Notes under the pieces: generated by a model
What the model saw: only the letters and a program-made list of their open reading frames with translations
The model's database searches: none
Told to the model about the DNA's origin: nothing
Assembly: GCA_035528375.1 (NCBI GenBank)
Contig: DATKYS010000118.1
Coordinates: 7,824-71,823 of the forward strand
DNA: 64,000 nt
Reading direction: 5' to 3'
Origin: a bacterium
Lineage (GTDB): Bacteria > RBG-13-66-14
Program-made: the position numbers and the translations under genes
Shown here: positions 18,208 through 29,123 of the stretch, one piece after another
Layout: the number at the start of each line of letters is the position of its first letter
Numbering within the stretch: the first letter of the stretch is position 1

Positions 18208-19089
18208 ATGGACGAGACTCGGTCTTTACTTCTCAGATGCCCCGCCAAGGTCAACCTCGGTCTCGCCGTTCTCGGTCGGCGCGACGACGGCTACCACGAC
18301 GTGGAAACAATCCTGGCGGCCATCTCCCTGGGGGACAACCTGACCGTGCACCGGGCGGACCGGCTCTCACTCGCGGTACACGGTCAGCCGGGCGTCCCGA
18401 CCGACCGGCGCAACCTGGTTTGGCGGGCCGCCGAAGCCTTCGCCGCGGCCACCGGAACCACGCCGGATACGCGGATCGAGATATCCAAGCATATCCCCCC
18501 CGGAAGCGGGCTGGGTGGCGGATCCAGCGACACCGCGGGGACCCTGGCGGCCCTGAACCGGCTCCACGGCGACCCCCTCGACCGGGAGCGGCTGCACGGG
18601 CTGGCCGCCGGGCTTGGGGCCGACGTGCCGTTCTTTCTGGAGGGGGGAATCGCGTTGGCCGAGGGGCGCGGCGAGCGGTTGACGAGGCTCGCGCAAAAGA
18701 AAATCCACATCGTCCTGGCCTTCCCCAAGGCCGCCGTTTCGACGGCCTGGGCCTACAAGCAGCTCACGGAGGAGGATTTCGCAAAACTCCCCCGGGAGGA
18801 AATCGAGGGCTGGCTCTCGGGCGGAGCCTCGCCGCCGGAGCTGCCCAACGCATTCTCCACCAAAATCATCCGCTTCTTCCACGAAATCGGCCGCACTCTG
18901 GACGCCCTCCGCGCCAGCGGCCTGAAACCGGTCAGCCTGTCCGGCTCCGGGGCCTGCTGCTTCGGCGTCGCCCGGGATGAAAAAGAGGCTTTTCAGCTCA
19001 CCAGCGAGCTGGAATCGAGAGGAATAGCCTCGATTCCGACGGAAGTTATTGACAAAGGCGTCTCGATGGTCGAAAATAAAATAGCCTGA
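18208..19089 (+). CDS. ispE: 4-(cytidine 5'-diphospho)-2-C-methyl-D-erythritol kinase
   Basis: N-terminal PAKVNLGLAVLGRRDDGYH and GHMP-kinase motif PPGSGLGGGSSD. Confidence 0.85.
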   Translation: MDETRSLLLRCPAKVNLGLAVLGRRDDGYHDVETILAAISLGDNLTVHRADRLSLAVHGQPGVPTDRRNLVWRAAEAFAAATGTTPDTRIEISKHIPPGSGLGGGSSDTAGTLAALNRLHGDPLDRERLHGLAAGLGADVPFFLEGGIALAEGRGERLTRLAQKKIHIVLAFPKAAVSTAWAYKQLTEEDFAKLPREEIEGWLSGGASPPELPNAFSTKIIRFFHEIGRTLDALRASGLKPVSLSGSGACCFGVARDEKEAFQLTSELESRGIASIPTEVIDKGVSMVENKIA

Positions 19090-19117
19090 AGCTTTGTCAC
19101 CCACGAGGAGGCAAATT

Positions 19118-19495
19118 GTGGAAATCACCGAGGTGAGGGTCAGCCTGCGCGATGAGGAAAAGCTAAAGGCTTACGCCTCCATCGTATTCGACAACTGTTT
19201 CATCGTCAAAGACCTGCGCGTCATTGACGGCAACGACCGTCTCTGGGTGGCCATGCCGAACAAGAAGCGCCGCGATGGTACGCGTCGCGACGTCTGCCAC
19301 CCCCTGAACGCCGAGACGCGGTCCAAGATCGAGGAAGCGGTTTTGGCGAAGTACGATGAGCTCATGCGGGAGGGCCTCTACGACAGTTCCCCCGAAGCCG
19401 GAGGAACCGAGGTCCCCTCCGAGGTCCCCTCCGAGGTCCCCTCCGAGGACCCCTCCGAGGACCCCCCCGAGGAGTTCGAAGAAGGCGAAGCATAG
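19118..19495 (+). CDS. spoVG: septation protein SpoVG with C-terminal acidic tandem-repeat tail
   Basis: VEITEVRVSLRDEEKLKAYASIVFDNCFIVKDLRVIDGNDRLWVAMP matches the SpoVG family. GTG start chosen. Tail (EVPS)x3-EDPS-EDPP encoded by a 12-bp tandem repeat. Confidence 0.8.
   Translation: MEITEVRVSLRDEEKLKAYASIVFDNCFIVKDLRVIDGNDRLWVAMPNKKRRDGTRRDVCHPLNAETRSKIEEAVLAKYDELMREGLYDSSPEAGGTEVPSEVPSEVPSEDPSEDPPEEFEEGEA
19407..19466 (+). repeat. in-frame 12-bp tandem repeat GAGGTCCCCTCC x3 plus two diverged copies inside spoVG 3' end
   Basis: Direct reading of sequence: gaggtcccctcc gaggtcccctcc gaggtcccctcc gaggacccctcc gaggaccccccc. Confidence 0.85.
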
Positions 19496-19596
19496 CCTCA
19501 GCGTTCACGCACGGAACGAACGACCGTTCAACGGCAGCCGTCCGACGCACCAGCCCCGCACCCGGCCGTCGGGGAAGGGGTGATCCGGAATAGCCC

Positions 19597-19670
19597 TGGG
19601 GCGTCGACAAGCGGTAAGTCAACGGCCTTTGGAGCCGTCATCGTAGGTTCGAATCCTACCGCCCCAGCCA
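19597..19670 (+). tRNA. tRNA-Gln (anticodon TTG)
   Basis: Cloverleaf by hand: acceptor UGGGGCG/CGCCCCA (U1-A72 as in bacterial tRNA-Gln), anticodon stem ACGGC/GCCGU with loop CUUUGGA (anticodon UUG), T-arm GUAGG-UUCGAAU-CCUAC, discriminator G, encoded CCA. Confidence 0.85.
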
Positions 19671-19700
19671 GGGGATTGGAAAATCGTCCCGATCGGGATA

Positions 19701-19727
19701 GAAAAAGCCGTGCCGAACGGCTTTTTC
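19701..19727. terminator. bidirectional rho-independent terminator (AAAAGCCG-UGCCGAA-CGGCUUUUU)
   Basis: 5-bp GC stem flanked by A-run and T-run, between tRNA-Gln (+) and convergent gene 19931..20842 (-). A further palindrome TCCCGATCGGGA at 19687-19698. Confidence 0.6.
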
Positions 19728-19930
19728 CACTTCTTTAAAATCCCCCCGACCACGACAATACGTAAAAAACCGGGGCCGCCGACCCCGGTAAACCTCGTTC
19801 GCGCCCATACCCTACCTGTGACGCGTCGGCCCGAAAGCCATAGTCGGGCACTCATGAGGACAACAAATCTTTTTCGCGCCTGTACTCTTTTTATCGGACC
19901 CAACCCGGAACCCGGACCCGAAAGATAAGC

Positions 19931-20842
19931 TCAGGGGAAACGGGTCAGGACGACGCCGGTCAGGGCGTCCACCACGAACTCGGTGAAAGCGGCCTCGTCG
20001 TCGGGGTTCATCCGCACGGCGAGCCTCTGAAAGATCCGGTAGGTGACGTTGTTGAGCCAGGGGTCACCGAGATTCTCCGGGTCGCCCTGGTGCACGAGGA
20101 AGATGCGGAAAAGCTCCCACCGGCTCTTTTCCTTATCACTCCGGTCGTCGGAGGCCCACGCGGCCTCCAGAGCGGCGGGGGAATCCACGGCGGGACGGCC
20201 CAGGGCGAGTCTCGCCGAACCCAGGGGCCAGTTCGCGAAATCGTCGGCGGGCAAATCCGGGGGGGAATCCTCCTGAACCGCCGGTTGGGCCCCCGTGCTG
20301 AGCGCCACGCGCAGAATCCGCTTCAGCCCGTTGGAGTAGAAGGCGACCACCCATTCCCGGCTCCGGCCCCCCGAGGGCTCATCGCCGGAGGCGGCGGCGT
20401 AGGCAATTGCGTCGTGGGACCAGCCGCGTCCCAGCGGTTCGGCAAGATCGAGGGCCTCCAGGACGGTCCAGTCGTCCTTCGCGTAGAGCTCGACCAGCCC
20501 GCCGGTCGCCCGTTCAAAGAACCCGCGGAACCCGTCCTTCCACGCCAGCTCGCCCGCGGTTCCGTCCGACACCAGCTCGACCTCGGCCACGTCCTCCCGC
20601 ACCCCGGTCACCTCGAGGAGGCTGCCCGGCGGCAGCGGGGTCTCACCGGTGGAGGTTTTCAACATGGAGGAGATGCCCGGCTTGAGCTGAACCACGTCGC
20701 CGACCCGGGGTGGCTGGAGGTGGGGGGGCGGGGCGGTGCGCTGGCACTGAAAAATCTCACCGAAGACGACCAGAAGAAGAAAGCCGACGCCGACGACACT
20801 CAGGATGGACCACATCAGTAACCTCTGACTCCGACTCGCCAT
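19931..20842 (-). CDS. membrane-anchored hypothetical protein
   Basis: Start taken at MASRSQRLLMWSILSVVGVGFLLLVVF (single N-terminal TM). No recognisable catalytic motifs. Confidence 0.5.
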   Translation of the reverse strand: MASRSQRLLMWSILSVVGVGFLLLVVFGEIFQCQRTAPPPHLQPPRVGDVVQLKPGISSMLKTSTGETPLPPGSLLEVTGVREDVAEVELVSDGTAGELAWKDGFRGFFERATGGLVELYAKDDWTVLEALDLAEPLGRGWSHDAIAYAAASGDEPSGGRSREWVVAFYSNGLKRILRVALSTGAQPAVQEDSPPDLPADDFANWPLGSARLALGRPAVDSPAALEAAWASDDRSDKEKSRWELFRIFLVHQGDPENLGDPWLNNVTYRIFQRLAVRMNPDDEAAFTEFVVDALTGVVLTRFP

Positions 20843-21064
20843 CGCCGCACCGGCCTTTTCACTTAACGCGGGGTTTCGACATCCGTACATATATTACCCC
20901 AGATGACCGGGTAAGGCAAGTTGTAATGAAAAGGGAACTTATCCCTTCCTAACGCGTGGGGCGCGGAACAAAGCGATTCGGTGTAACGTATAAGCGGAAT
21001 GTAAGCGCGTATTCAACACGGTACCGCGGGACTTGCGCGCAAGGCCCGCGGGGGAGGTACATCC

Positions 21065-22273
<1,209 letters not shown>

Positions 22274-22411
22274 CGTTAAAGGCCGGGATTTGAGGTGAAA
22301 AGGCGGGTGGAACGACCCGCCTTTTTTCACTGCGGATGGAAAATCTACTTCTCCTTGGCCCTCACCGTCTTGTATGGTAGGATAGGGGTGAGTCGTTTAA
22401 AAAGACCGCCC

Positions 22412-23707
22412 ATGATCCACCGGTACGAAATCCCCGAAATCCGGAAAATCTTCTCCGACGAGGGCCGGTTCAACACCTGGCTGGAGGTGGAGCTGGCGGC
22501 GGCGGCGGCCATGGCCGAGCTGGGGCTCGTTCCGGCGGAGGCCGTCCGCGTCTGCCGGGAGAGGGCCCGGATAGACCCGAAGCGGATCGAAGAGATCGAG
22601 AAAATCACCCGTCACGACGTCATCGCCTTCCTGGAGCACCTCGAGGAGACCGTCGGTCCCGAGGCCCGGCACCTGCACCTGGGGATGACCTCCTCCGACG
22701 TGCTGGATACCGCCCTCGCCCTCCAGATAAACCGTGCGCACCGCGTGCTCCTGGACGATCTGGAACAGCTCCTCTCGGCGGTGCGCGAACAAGCCTTGAA
22801 GTACAAAGACACCCCGTGCATCGGTCGCAGCCACGGCGTCCACGCCGAACCGACCACCTTCGGCCTCAAGCTCGCCGTCTCCTACGCCCAGTTCAAGCGT
22901 GACCACGAGCGGCTCTCCGCGACGGCCGAGGGCCTGCGCGTCGGCCAGATATCCGGGGCGGTCGGCACCTACACCTCGCTCTCCCCGGAAATCGAGGAGC
23001 GTACGTGCGCCAAGCTGGGCCTCAAGCCGGCGCCGATCTCCACCCAGATTCTGCAGCGGGACCGCCACGCGGCCTACCTCTCGGCCCTGGCGATTCTGGG
23101 GGCGGACCTGGAGCGTCTGGCCCTCGAAATCCGACACCTGCAGAGAACCGAGGTCGCCGAGGCCTTCGAGCCCTTCACCAAGGGGCAGAAGGGCTCCTCG
23201 GCCATGCCCCACAAACGGAACCCCATCATCACCGAGCGCGTCGCCGGCATGGCGCGCCTGCTGCGCTCAAACGCCCACGCCGCCCTGGAGAACGTCGCCC
23301 TCTGGCACGAGCGGGACATCAGCCACTCCTCCGTGGAGCGGGTGATAATCCCCGACGGCTTCCACCTGGCGGTGTACATGCTGCGCAAGATGGTCTTCGT
23401 CGTGCGGGGCCTGGTGGTGGACGAAAAGCGCATGGCGGAGAACCTCGCCCTCACCGGTGGGCTGACGGCCAGCTCCGGCCTGCTGGTCGAGCTGATTCGG
23501 GCCGGCCTCGAGCGCAAGGCGGCCTACGAGCTCGTCCAGAGGCACGCCCTGGCCGCCTGGGAGGGGAGGGGCGATTTCAGGACCGCCGTCGAAAGTGACC
23601 CCGTAGTCGCCGAAAACCTCGACCGGGAGGTCGTCGAACGCTGCTTCGAACAAAAACCGAGATTCATTGACGTGACTTACCGTCGTCTGGGTATAATAGG
23701 GGACTGA
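22412..23707 (+). CDS. purB: adenylosuccinate lyase
   Basis: MIHRYEIPEIRKIFSDEGRFNTWLEVELAA N-terminus and fumarate-lyase signature GSSAMPHKRNP. Start placed at ATG 22412, since the ORF-track N-extension is not homologous. Confidence 0.85.
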   Translation: MIHRYEIPEIRKIFSDEGRFNTWLEVELAAAAAMAELGLVPAEAVRVCRERARIDPKRIEEIEKITRHDVIAFLEHLEETVGPEARHLHLGMTSSDVLDTALALQINRAHRVLLDDLEQLLSAVREQALKYKDTPCIGRSHGVHAEPTTFGLKLAVSYAQFKRDHERLSATAEGLRVGQISGAVGTYTSLSPEIEERTCAKLGLKPAPISTQILQRDRHAAYLSALAILGADLERLALEIRHLQRTEVAEAFEPFTKGQKGSSAMPHKRNPIITERVAGMARLLRSNAHAALENVALWHERDISHSSVERVIIPDGFHLAVYMLRKMVFVVRGLVVDEKRMAENLALTGGLTASSGLLVELIRAGLERKAAYELVQRHALAAWEGRGDFRTAVESDPVVAENLDREVVERCFEQKPRFIDVTYRRLGIIGD

Positions 23708-23742
23708 CTGGAGCTTTATCTTATTCCGAGAAGGGGACCACC

Positions 23743-24450
23743 ATGGCCGAAGAGCGCGTTCTTTACGAGGGCAAGGCCAAGATAACCTACGCCACCGAAG
23801 ACCCCAACGTCGTGCGCCTCTACTACAAAGACTCGGCCACCGCCTTCGACGGCAAGAAAAAGGGCACCATCAAGGACAAGGGGCCCATCAACAACGCCAT
23901 CACCGAGGTGTTCTTCAAGCTCCTGGAAGAGGCCGGCGTGGCCACCCACTACATTGACCGCCCGTCGGATCGTGATATGCGCGTCAAGATGCTGCGCATG
24001 ATACCCCTGGAGATCGTGGTGCGCAACGTGACCGCGGGCTCGCTCTCGAAAAGGATGGGCATCCCAGAGGGCACCGCCCTTTCGAGCACCATCCTCGAGT
24101 ACTACTACAAGGACGACTCCCTGGGCGACCCGATGCTGTGCGAGAGCCACGTCCACGCGCTCGAAATCTGCTCCAAGGAAAACCTCGCAAAAATCGCCAA
24201 GACGGCGTTCAAGGTCAACGAGGTGCTCACCCCCTTCCTCTCCCAGCGGGACATCAAGCTGATAGACTTCAAGCTCGAGTTCGGCTACGACTCCGAGGGC
24301 AAAATCCTCCTGGGGGATGAGATAAGCCCCGACTCCTGCCGCTTCTGGGACGCCAAGACCAACGAGAAGATGGACAAGGACCGCTTCCGGCGAGACCTGG
24401 GACAGGTGGAAGATTTCTACGCCGAGCTTCTGCGGCGCATCACCTCGTGA
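23743..24450 (+). CDS. purC: phosphoribosylaminoimidazole-succinocarboxamide synthase (SAICAR synthetase)
   Basis: LYEGKAKITYATEDPNVVRLYYKDSATAFDGKKKGTIKDKG and overall 235-aa PurC architecture. Confidence 0.85.
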   Translation: MAEERVLYEGKAKITYATEDPNVVRLYYKDSATAFDGKKKGTIKDKGPINNAITEVFFKLLEEAGVATHYIDRPSDRDMRVKMLRMIPLEIVVRNVTAGSLSKRMGIPEGTALSSTILEYYYKDDSLGDPMLCESHVHALEICSKENLAKIAKTAFKVNEVLTPFLSQRDIKLIDFKLEFGYDSEGKILLGDEISPDSCRFWDAKTNEKMDKDRFRRDLGQVEDFYAELLRRITS

Positions 24451-24508
24451 GCTGACGGTGGATGAAACGAGGGGTCGTGGGGACCCCGGATAAAACTGCC
24501 AACCATAA

Positions 24509-24538
24509 AGGGACGCCTGCGCGGCGTCCCCTTTTTCA
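24509..24538. terminator. bidirectional rho-independent terminator (GGGACGCC-UGCG-CGGCGUCCC, A-run/T-run flanks)
   Basis: Between convergent purC (+) and dus (-). Confidence 0.6.
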
Positions 24539-24566
24539 TATCAACGGCGACCGGCTTCACGCGGTA

Positions 24567-25592
24567 TCAGAGGGCCAGGGCCTCGTTCAGAAGGCGCTCG
24601 AACTCGGCCGAATCGGCGACCACGGCCATCCGGCGACGCAGCTCCCCCGCTCCCTCCACCCCGCGGAGGTAGTGCAGGGCGAAGCGCCGCACCCGGAACA
24701 TCGCCCGCTTCTCGCCGTAGAAATCGCAGAGCAGCCGCCCGTGCCTGCGCGTCCACCCGACCCGCTCCGGCCAGTCCGCCTCGGGTCCGACCTCCTCCCC
24801 CCCCAGCACCTGCGCCATGCGCCGCGCCTGCCAGGGCTCACCGATGAGCGCCCGACCCGCCATCACCGCGTGGCACCCCGTGGATTCCAGCATACGGCGC
24901 GCGTCCTCGGGGTTCTTCACGTCGCCGTTGCCGATGACGGGACAACGCACCGCTCCCACGAGCTCGGCGATGGCCGACCAGTCGGAGACGCCGGAGAAAC
25001 CATCCTCCCACGTGCGGGGATGGAGCGTGAGGGCGGTGATTCCCAGCCCGTCCAGCTCCGTCGCCAGGCGCAGGAAAATCCTCGGGTCCGAGGCGAAGCC
25101 CAGGCGCAGCTTGGCGGTGACCGGTAGAGAGGTGGACTCCAGGGTCGCCGACGCAATCTCGACGGCCAGCGGCAGGTCGCGCATGAGTGCCACCCCGTTC
25201 CCCGATCGCACGACCTTCTTCGCCGGGCAGCCGAAGTTCAGGTCGAGGGCGTCGTAGCCGCAGAGCTCGACGAACCGGGCAGCGTAGGCGAAGGCTTCCG
25301 GGAGGTGGCCGAAGAGCTGGCAGACCACCGGCACGCCCAGGTCGGGGTGCAGGCGGGGGAGGGGGCGGGGCGGATCTCCGGGCCGCCCGGGTTCCGGGGT
25401 CAGCATGGCCCGCGTCTTACGGCCCCCCCGGAAAAGCCCGTCGGCGGTGGTCATCTCCGTCCAGAAGGCGCTAATCCCCTCCCCGGCGAGGAGACGGTAC
25501 CAGGGTACGTCGCTGGTGCCGGCCAGGGGGGCGGAGACGAGCCCGCCGGTAATCCGCTCCCGGAATGTTTTTACGAGGTCCGGTTTGGACAT
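24567..25592 (-). CDS. tRNA-dihydrouridine synthase (Dus family, FMN-dependent TIM barrel)
   Basis: DALDLNFGCPAKKVV, catalytic-Cys region, and RCPVIGNGDV...EDARRML...GCHAVMAGRALIGEPW C-terminal Dus signature. Confidence 0.8.
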   Translation of the reverse strand: MSKPDLVKTFRERITGGLVSAPLAGTSDVPWYRLLAGEGISAFWTEMTTADGLFRGGRKTRAMLTPEPGRPGDPPRPLPRLHPDLGVPVVCQLFGHLPEAFAYAARFVELCGYDALDLNFGCPAKKVVRSGNGVALMRDLPLAVEIASATLESTSLPVTAKLRLGFASDPRIFLRLATELDGLGITALTLHPRTWEDGFSGVSDWSAIAELVGAVRCPVIGNGDVKNPEDARRMLESTGCHAVMAGRALIGEPWQARRMAQVLGGEEVGPEADWPERVGWTRRHGRLLCDFYGEKRAMFRVRRFALHYLRGVEGAGELRRRMAVVADSAEFERLLNEALAL

Positions 25593-25655
25593 GGGCGTTA
25601 AATGGAGGGCAAGGTCCGGGCCCCTTGCCTGTTCAGTACATCGGATTGAATTCGT

Positions 25656-26756
25656 CTACCCGCCGACGAGCCACCGGATGCTCCGTCCCAGGAACGCCAG
25701 CGCCTCGGTCTCGGAGGAGATGTTCTCCCAGGCGAAGGAGAGGAAGACCGAGCGGTGATTCCCGCTCTCGGAGGCCACGCCGCAGACGTCGCCGCGGGTG
25801 CGGTTCGTGAAAAGGACCTGCGCCCCGGCGGAGGCGGTGAAGCCGTCGCTCCAGTTCCCCACGATTTGCCTGTCACCGAAGAGGGACAGGGAGAGACCGG
25901 CGTTCAGCTCCCCCTCGGGCTCGGCGATGGCCACGAGGGTCTTGGCGTCGGCGCGCCAGTCCTTGACCCCCAACGCCTCCTCCAGGGAACCCGACGAGGC
26001 CGTCCCGCTCCGGGAGACCTGGCCCAGGTAGTTCTGGCTCACGAGGAGGAGCCGACCGCCGTCGTCCAGGTACCGCCGCAGCGCCCGGCGGTCGCTCTCG
26101 CTCAGGCAGACCTTGAGCGCGTCCAGGCCGGTGAAGTAGATGACCAGCCGGTAAGGTTCCAGCTCGGCGTAGGTGGGGCCGCTGGAGTTGTGGCTGACCA
26201 CGCGGGTGTCGTAGTTCACCCCGAGCGCGTCCAGCGCCGCGGTGTACCGTTCGTGGACGTCCACCCCGTAGGGGTTGCCGTTGTTCACGCCGTCGTCGTC
26301 GTCCACCAGGAGCACCGGCCCGACATCCAGCCCCGAAAGGTCCGGCGGGCCCTTGGGCTCGACGGTGACCGGCGTCTCGACCACCGCGGTCCGCGCCGAG
26401 ATTTCGAGCACGGCCCGCAGCGGGTCGCGGGCCAGGTAGGCCTTGTACGACCCGGCCGTGGCCGCGGGGTAAACCAGGAAGACGGCGTCCGCGCCGGACT
26501 GGTAAAAATTCCCCCCGACGACGTGCCCCACGGGACCGCCCAGACGTCCCCCGCTGTCGAGGTGCGCCGCGCGCGCGATGAGCCCCAGGCTGGCCTCCCC
26601 GGCGGTCAGCGAGTCGGACACCTGCACCGTGCACTCCTCGTCCAGGTAGAGCACGACGTAGGTCACGTCCTCCTGGGCGTAGCAGCGGACGTTGGTCACG
26701 CGCGCCCCGAAGGCCGCGACCGCCAGCGCGAGAAAGATGAAAACCGCTCTTTTCAC
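25656..26756 (-). CDS. secreted protein of unknown function, distant third member of the 16358/17243 family
   Basis: GTG start with GGGGAG SD. Signal peptide VKRAVFIFLALAVAAFG. Collinear blocks VLLVDDDDGVNNGNPYGVD, YRLVIYFTGLDA, DDGGRLLLVSQNY mirror the paralog family pattern. Confidence 0.5.
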   Translation of the reverse strand: MKRAVFIFLALAVAAFGARVTNVRCYAQEDVTYVVLYLDEECTVQVSDSLTAGEASLGLIARAAHLDSGGRLGGPVGHVVGGNFYQSGADAVFLVYPAATAGSYKAYLARDPLRAVLEISARTAVVETPVTVEPKGPPDLSGLDVGPVLLVDDDDGVNNGNPYGVDVHERYTAALDALGVNYDTRVVSHNSSGPTYAELEPYRLVIYFTGLDALKVCLSESDRRALRRYLDDGGRLLLVSQNYLGQVSRSGTASSGSLEEALGVKDWRADAKTLVAIAEPEGELNAGLSLSLFGDRQIVGNWSDGFTASAGAQVLFTNRTRGDVCGVASESGNHRSVFLSFAWENISSETEALAFLGRSIRWLVGG

Positions 26757-26786
26757 CGACTCCCCTTTTTCCAACCATTCTACCAG

Positions 26787-26817
26787 AAAGGAGACAAGGG
26801 GTTTAAACCCCTTGTCC
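26787..26817. repeat. palindromic element copy B: GAAAGGAGACAAGGGGTTTAAACCCCTTGTCC (perfect 22-bp palindrome ACAAGGGGTTTAAACCCCTTGT)
   Basis: Seen directly. Lies in the recG / secreted-protein intergenic region, just upstream of a TGGTAGAAT extended -10-like motif (minus strand, 26777-26785). Confidence 0.8.
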
Positions 26818-26843
26818 TTTGTCAAGGGCTGATTCGGTCCCGC

Positions 26844-29123
26844 CTACGCCACGACCCCCAGGTCGCCGGAGCCGTAAACCGATTCCAGGCGCCGTTTGAG
26901 CCGGGGGTGTTTTTCCAGCTCCGGGTCGTCCTCGAGCAGGCGCCGGGCCGCTTCCCGGGCCTCCTCGAGCATCCTCCGGTCGGTGACCAGCGTGGCCAGG
27001 GCCACGTCGGGCAGACCGTGCTGCCGCGTCCCGAGGAGCTCACCTGGGCCGCGCAGCTCGAGGTCCAGCTCGGCCAGGCGGAAGCCGTCGTCGGTCTCGG
27101 TCATCGCCCGCAGGCGCCGTTTGGCCGCGTCGGTCAGCCCCCTCCCCGAGACGAGGTAACAGCGGGCGGAGTGCGGGCTTCTCGCCACCCGGCCCCGGAG
27201 CTGGTGCAGCTGCGACAGGCCGAACTGCTGGGCCTCCTCCACCACCATCACCGTGGCGTTGGGCACGTCTATCCCCACCTCCACCACCGTGGTGGCGACC
27301 AAGACGTCCAGTTTGCCGGTGGCGAAGGAGCGCATCGTCCTCTCCTTCTCCAAAGAATCCAGGCGACCGTGGACCAGCCCGAGCCTCAACTCGGCCAGGG
27401 GGCCCTCCCGGAGTTCGTCGTAGCGCGCGGTGGCGGCGGCGAGGCCTTTTTCCAAAGATTCCTCCACCAGCGGGCAGACGACGAAGGCCTGACGCCCGCG
27501 GGCGGCCTCCTCCCGGATGAAATCGAAGGCCTCCCGGGCGTTCCTCCCCGAGAGCCACCGGGTCTCCACGGGGCGGCGACCGGGGGGGAGCTCGTCAATG
27601 ACCGAGGAATCCAGGTCGCCGTAAACGGTGAGCGCCAGGGAGCGGGGGATGGGTGTGGCCGTCATCACCAGGACGTTGGTCGAGGGCGGGCAGAGCCTGC
27701 CGCGTTGGGCCACGCCGAAGCGGTGCTGCTCGTCAACCACGGCCAGACCCAGGCGGGGGAAAACGACTCCCTCCTGGATGAGCGCGGTGGTACCGATGGT
27801 TACGCCGGGCTCGCCGGCAGCAATCGCCTCGAGTGCCGGCCTCCGGGCGCGGTCCTTCACGCCGCCCGTGACGAGATGGCAGGGCACGCCGAGCGGATCG
27901 AGAACGCGGCGGAAGGTGCGGTGGTGCTGTCGGGCGAGCACCTCGGTGGGCGCCATGAGCGCCGCCTGCCACCCGGCTTCCACCGCCAGGAGCATCGCCA
28001 GGAGGGCCACGACCGTCTTCCCCGACCCAACGTCGCCCTGGAGGAGACGGTTCATGGGTCTCGACTGGGCCAGGTCGTGGCGGATGCGTTCCAGGACGCG
28101 TTTCTGCGCTCCGGTGAGCTCGAAGCCCAGCTTGTCGAGGGCGCGGCGGACCAACTCGCCCCCGGCCTCGATCCTGCCGCCCGAGGTTTTATCAAGGCGC
28201 ATCCGCTCGCGCAGGACCGCCAACTGCAAGAGGAACAGGCCGTCGAAGGCCAGGCGCCGGCGGGCTCTCTCGGGGGCGTCGAGGTCGGGCGGGTAGTGGA
28301 GGTGCTCGAACGCCTCGGCCAGCCCCGGCAGCCCCCGGGGCGCCCACACCTCTTCGGGAACGTGGTCCTGGAGTTTCGGCAGGTACCGGTCGAGAACGCG
28401 GCGGACGAGCGTGCGGAGGTAGCGCTGACCGAGCCCCTCCGTCAGGCCGTAGGTGGGCACGATGCGTCCGAAGGCCAGGGGGTCCTCGCCCGCGTCCAGG
28501 AACTCGAAATCGGGGTTGATGAGAGCGCCGCCGTCCTGAGGGCTGACCTTGCCGAAGGCCACCAGGCGGCGGCCGGGCCTGAGCTTTTCCGCCAGGTACA
28601 GCGCGTTGAACCAGGTGAGGACGAGGCTCCCGCCCTCTCCGGTCAAAATCGCGCTCAGGCGCGGTTTTCGACCCCTGAAACCGCGGATGAGCTCCACGCT
28701 CCTGAGCTCGCCGACCACGGTGACCTCCTCCCCCGCCCGCAGCCGGTCCAGCGGGACCAGGCGCGACCGGTCCTGGTAACCGCGGGGCTCGCAGGCGAAG
28801 AGATCGTCCACGGTGAAGAGGCCGAGCCTCTTCAGGCGCTCGTACCGGGCGGGACCGACGCCCTTCTCGTAGAGCAGGGGACGCCCGGCCAGATCGTCCA
28901 CACTCCACCCATCTTTCGGCAGGGGAGGTTCGGACGGCTTCGGGCACGCCTTTTGCTTCAGATATTCACGCCATTCCCGGGTGAATTTACGCAGGCGGTC
29001 CGCCCGCCGGTCGGCGGGCAGGGAATCCAGACCGAGGACGAGATCCCGGCAACGCCCCAGGGCGTCGGAGTCCGATTCCAACTCGTCCAGCCAGCCCAGG
29101 AGCCGCGCCCCCAGGTCCGGCAT
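26844..29123 (-). CDS. recG: ATP-dependent DNA helicase RecG
   Basis: Walker A GDVGSGKT, DEQHRFG (DExH), helicase C region and wedge-domain N-terminus. The start is uncertain. The ORF-track start at 29306 overlaps a +strand promoter-like region, so an internal ATG at 29123 was used. Confidence 0.8.
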   Translation of the reverse strand: MPDLGARLLGWLDELESDSDALGRCRDLVLGLDSLPADRRADRLRKFTREWREYLKQKACPKPSEPPLPKDGWSVDDLAGRPLLYEKGVGPARYERLKRLGLFTVDDLFACEPRGYQDRSRLVPLDRLRAGEEVTVVGELRSVELIRGFRGRKPRLSAILTGEGGSLVLTWFNALYLAEKLRPGRRLVAFGKVSPQDGGALINPDFEFLDAGEDPLAFGRIVPTYGLTEGLGQRYLRTLVRRVLDRYLPKLQDHVPEEVWAPRGLPGLAEAFEHLHYPPDLDAPERARRRLAFDGLFLLQLAVLRERMRLDKTSGGRIEAGGELVRRALDKLGFELTGAQKRVLERIRHDLAQSRPMNRLLQGDVGSGKTVVALLAMLLAVEAGWQAALMAPTEVLARQHHRTFRRVLDPLGVPCHLVTGGVKDRARRPALEAIAAGEPGVTIGTTALIQEGVVFPRLGLAVVDEQHRFGVAQRGRLCPPSTNVLVMTATPIPRSLALTVYGDLDSSVIDELPPGRRPVETRWLSGRNAREAFDFIREEAARGRQAFVVCPLVEESLEKGLAAATARYDELREGPLAELRLGLVHGRLDSLEKERTMRSFATGKLDVLVATTVVEVGIDVPNATVMVVEEAQQFGLSQLHQLRGRVARSPHSARCYLVSGRGLTDAAKRRLRAMTETDDGFRLAELDLELRGPGELLGTRQHGLPDVALATLVTDRRMLEEAREAARRLLEDDPELEKHPRLKRRLESVYGSGDLGVVA

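Noticed and set aside
19597-19930. Possible integration hotspot or mobile element next to tRNA-Gln
   Set aside because: No integrase, direct repeat of the tRNA 3' end or foreign-GC segment is present. Flanking genes are housekeeping.
22295-22411. N-terminal extension of the purB ORF (MKRRVERPAFFHCGW...)
   Set aside because: It is not homologous to adenylosuccinate lyase. The conserved N-terminus begins at ATG 22412.
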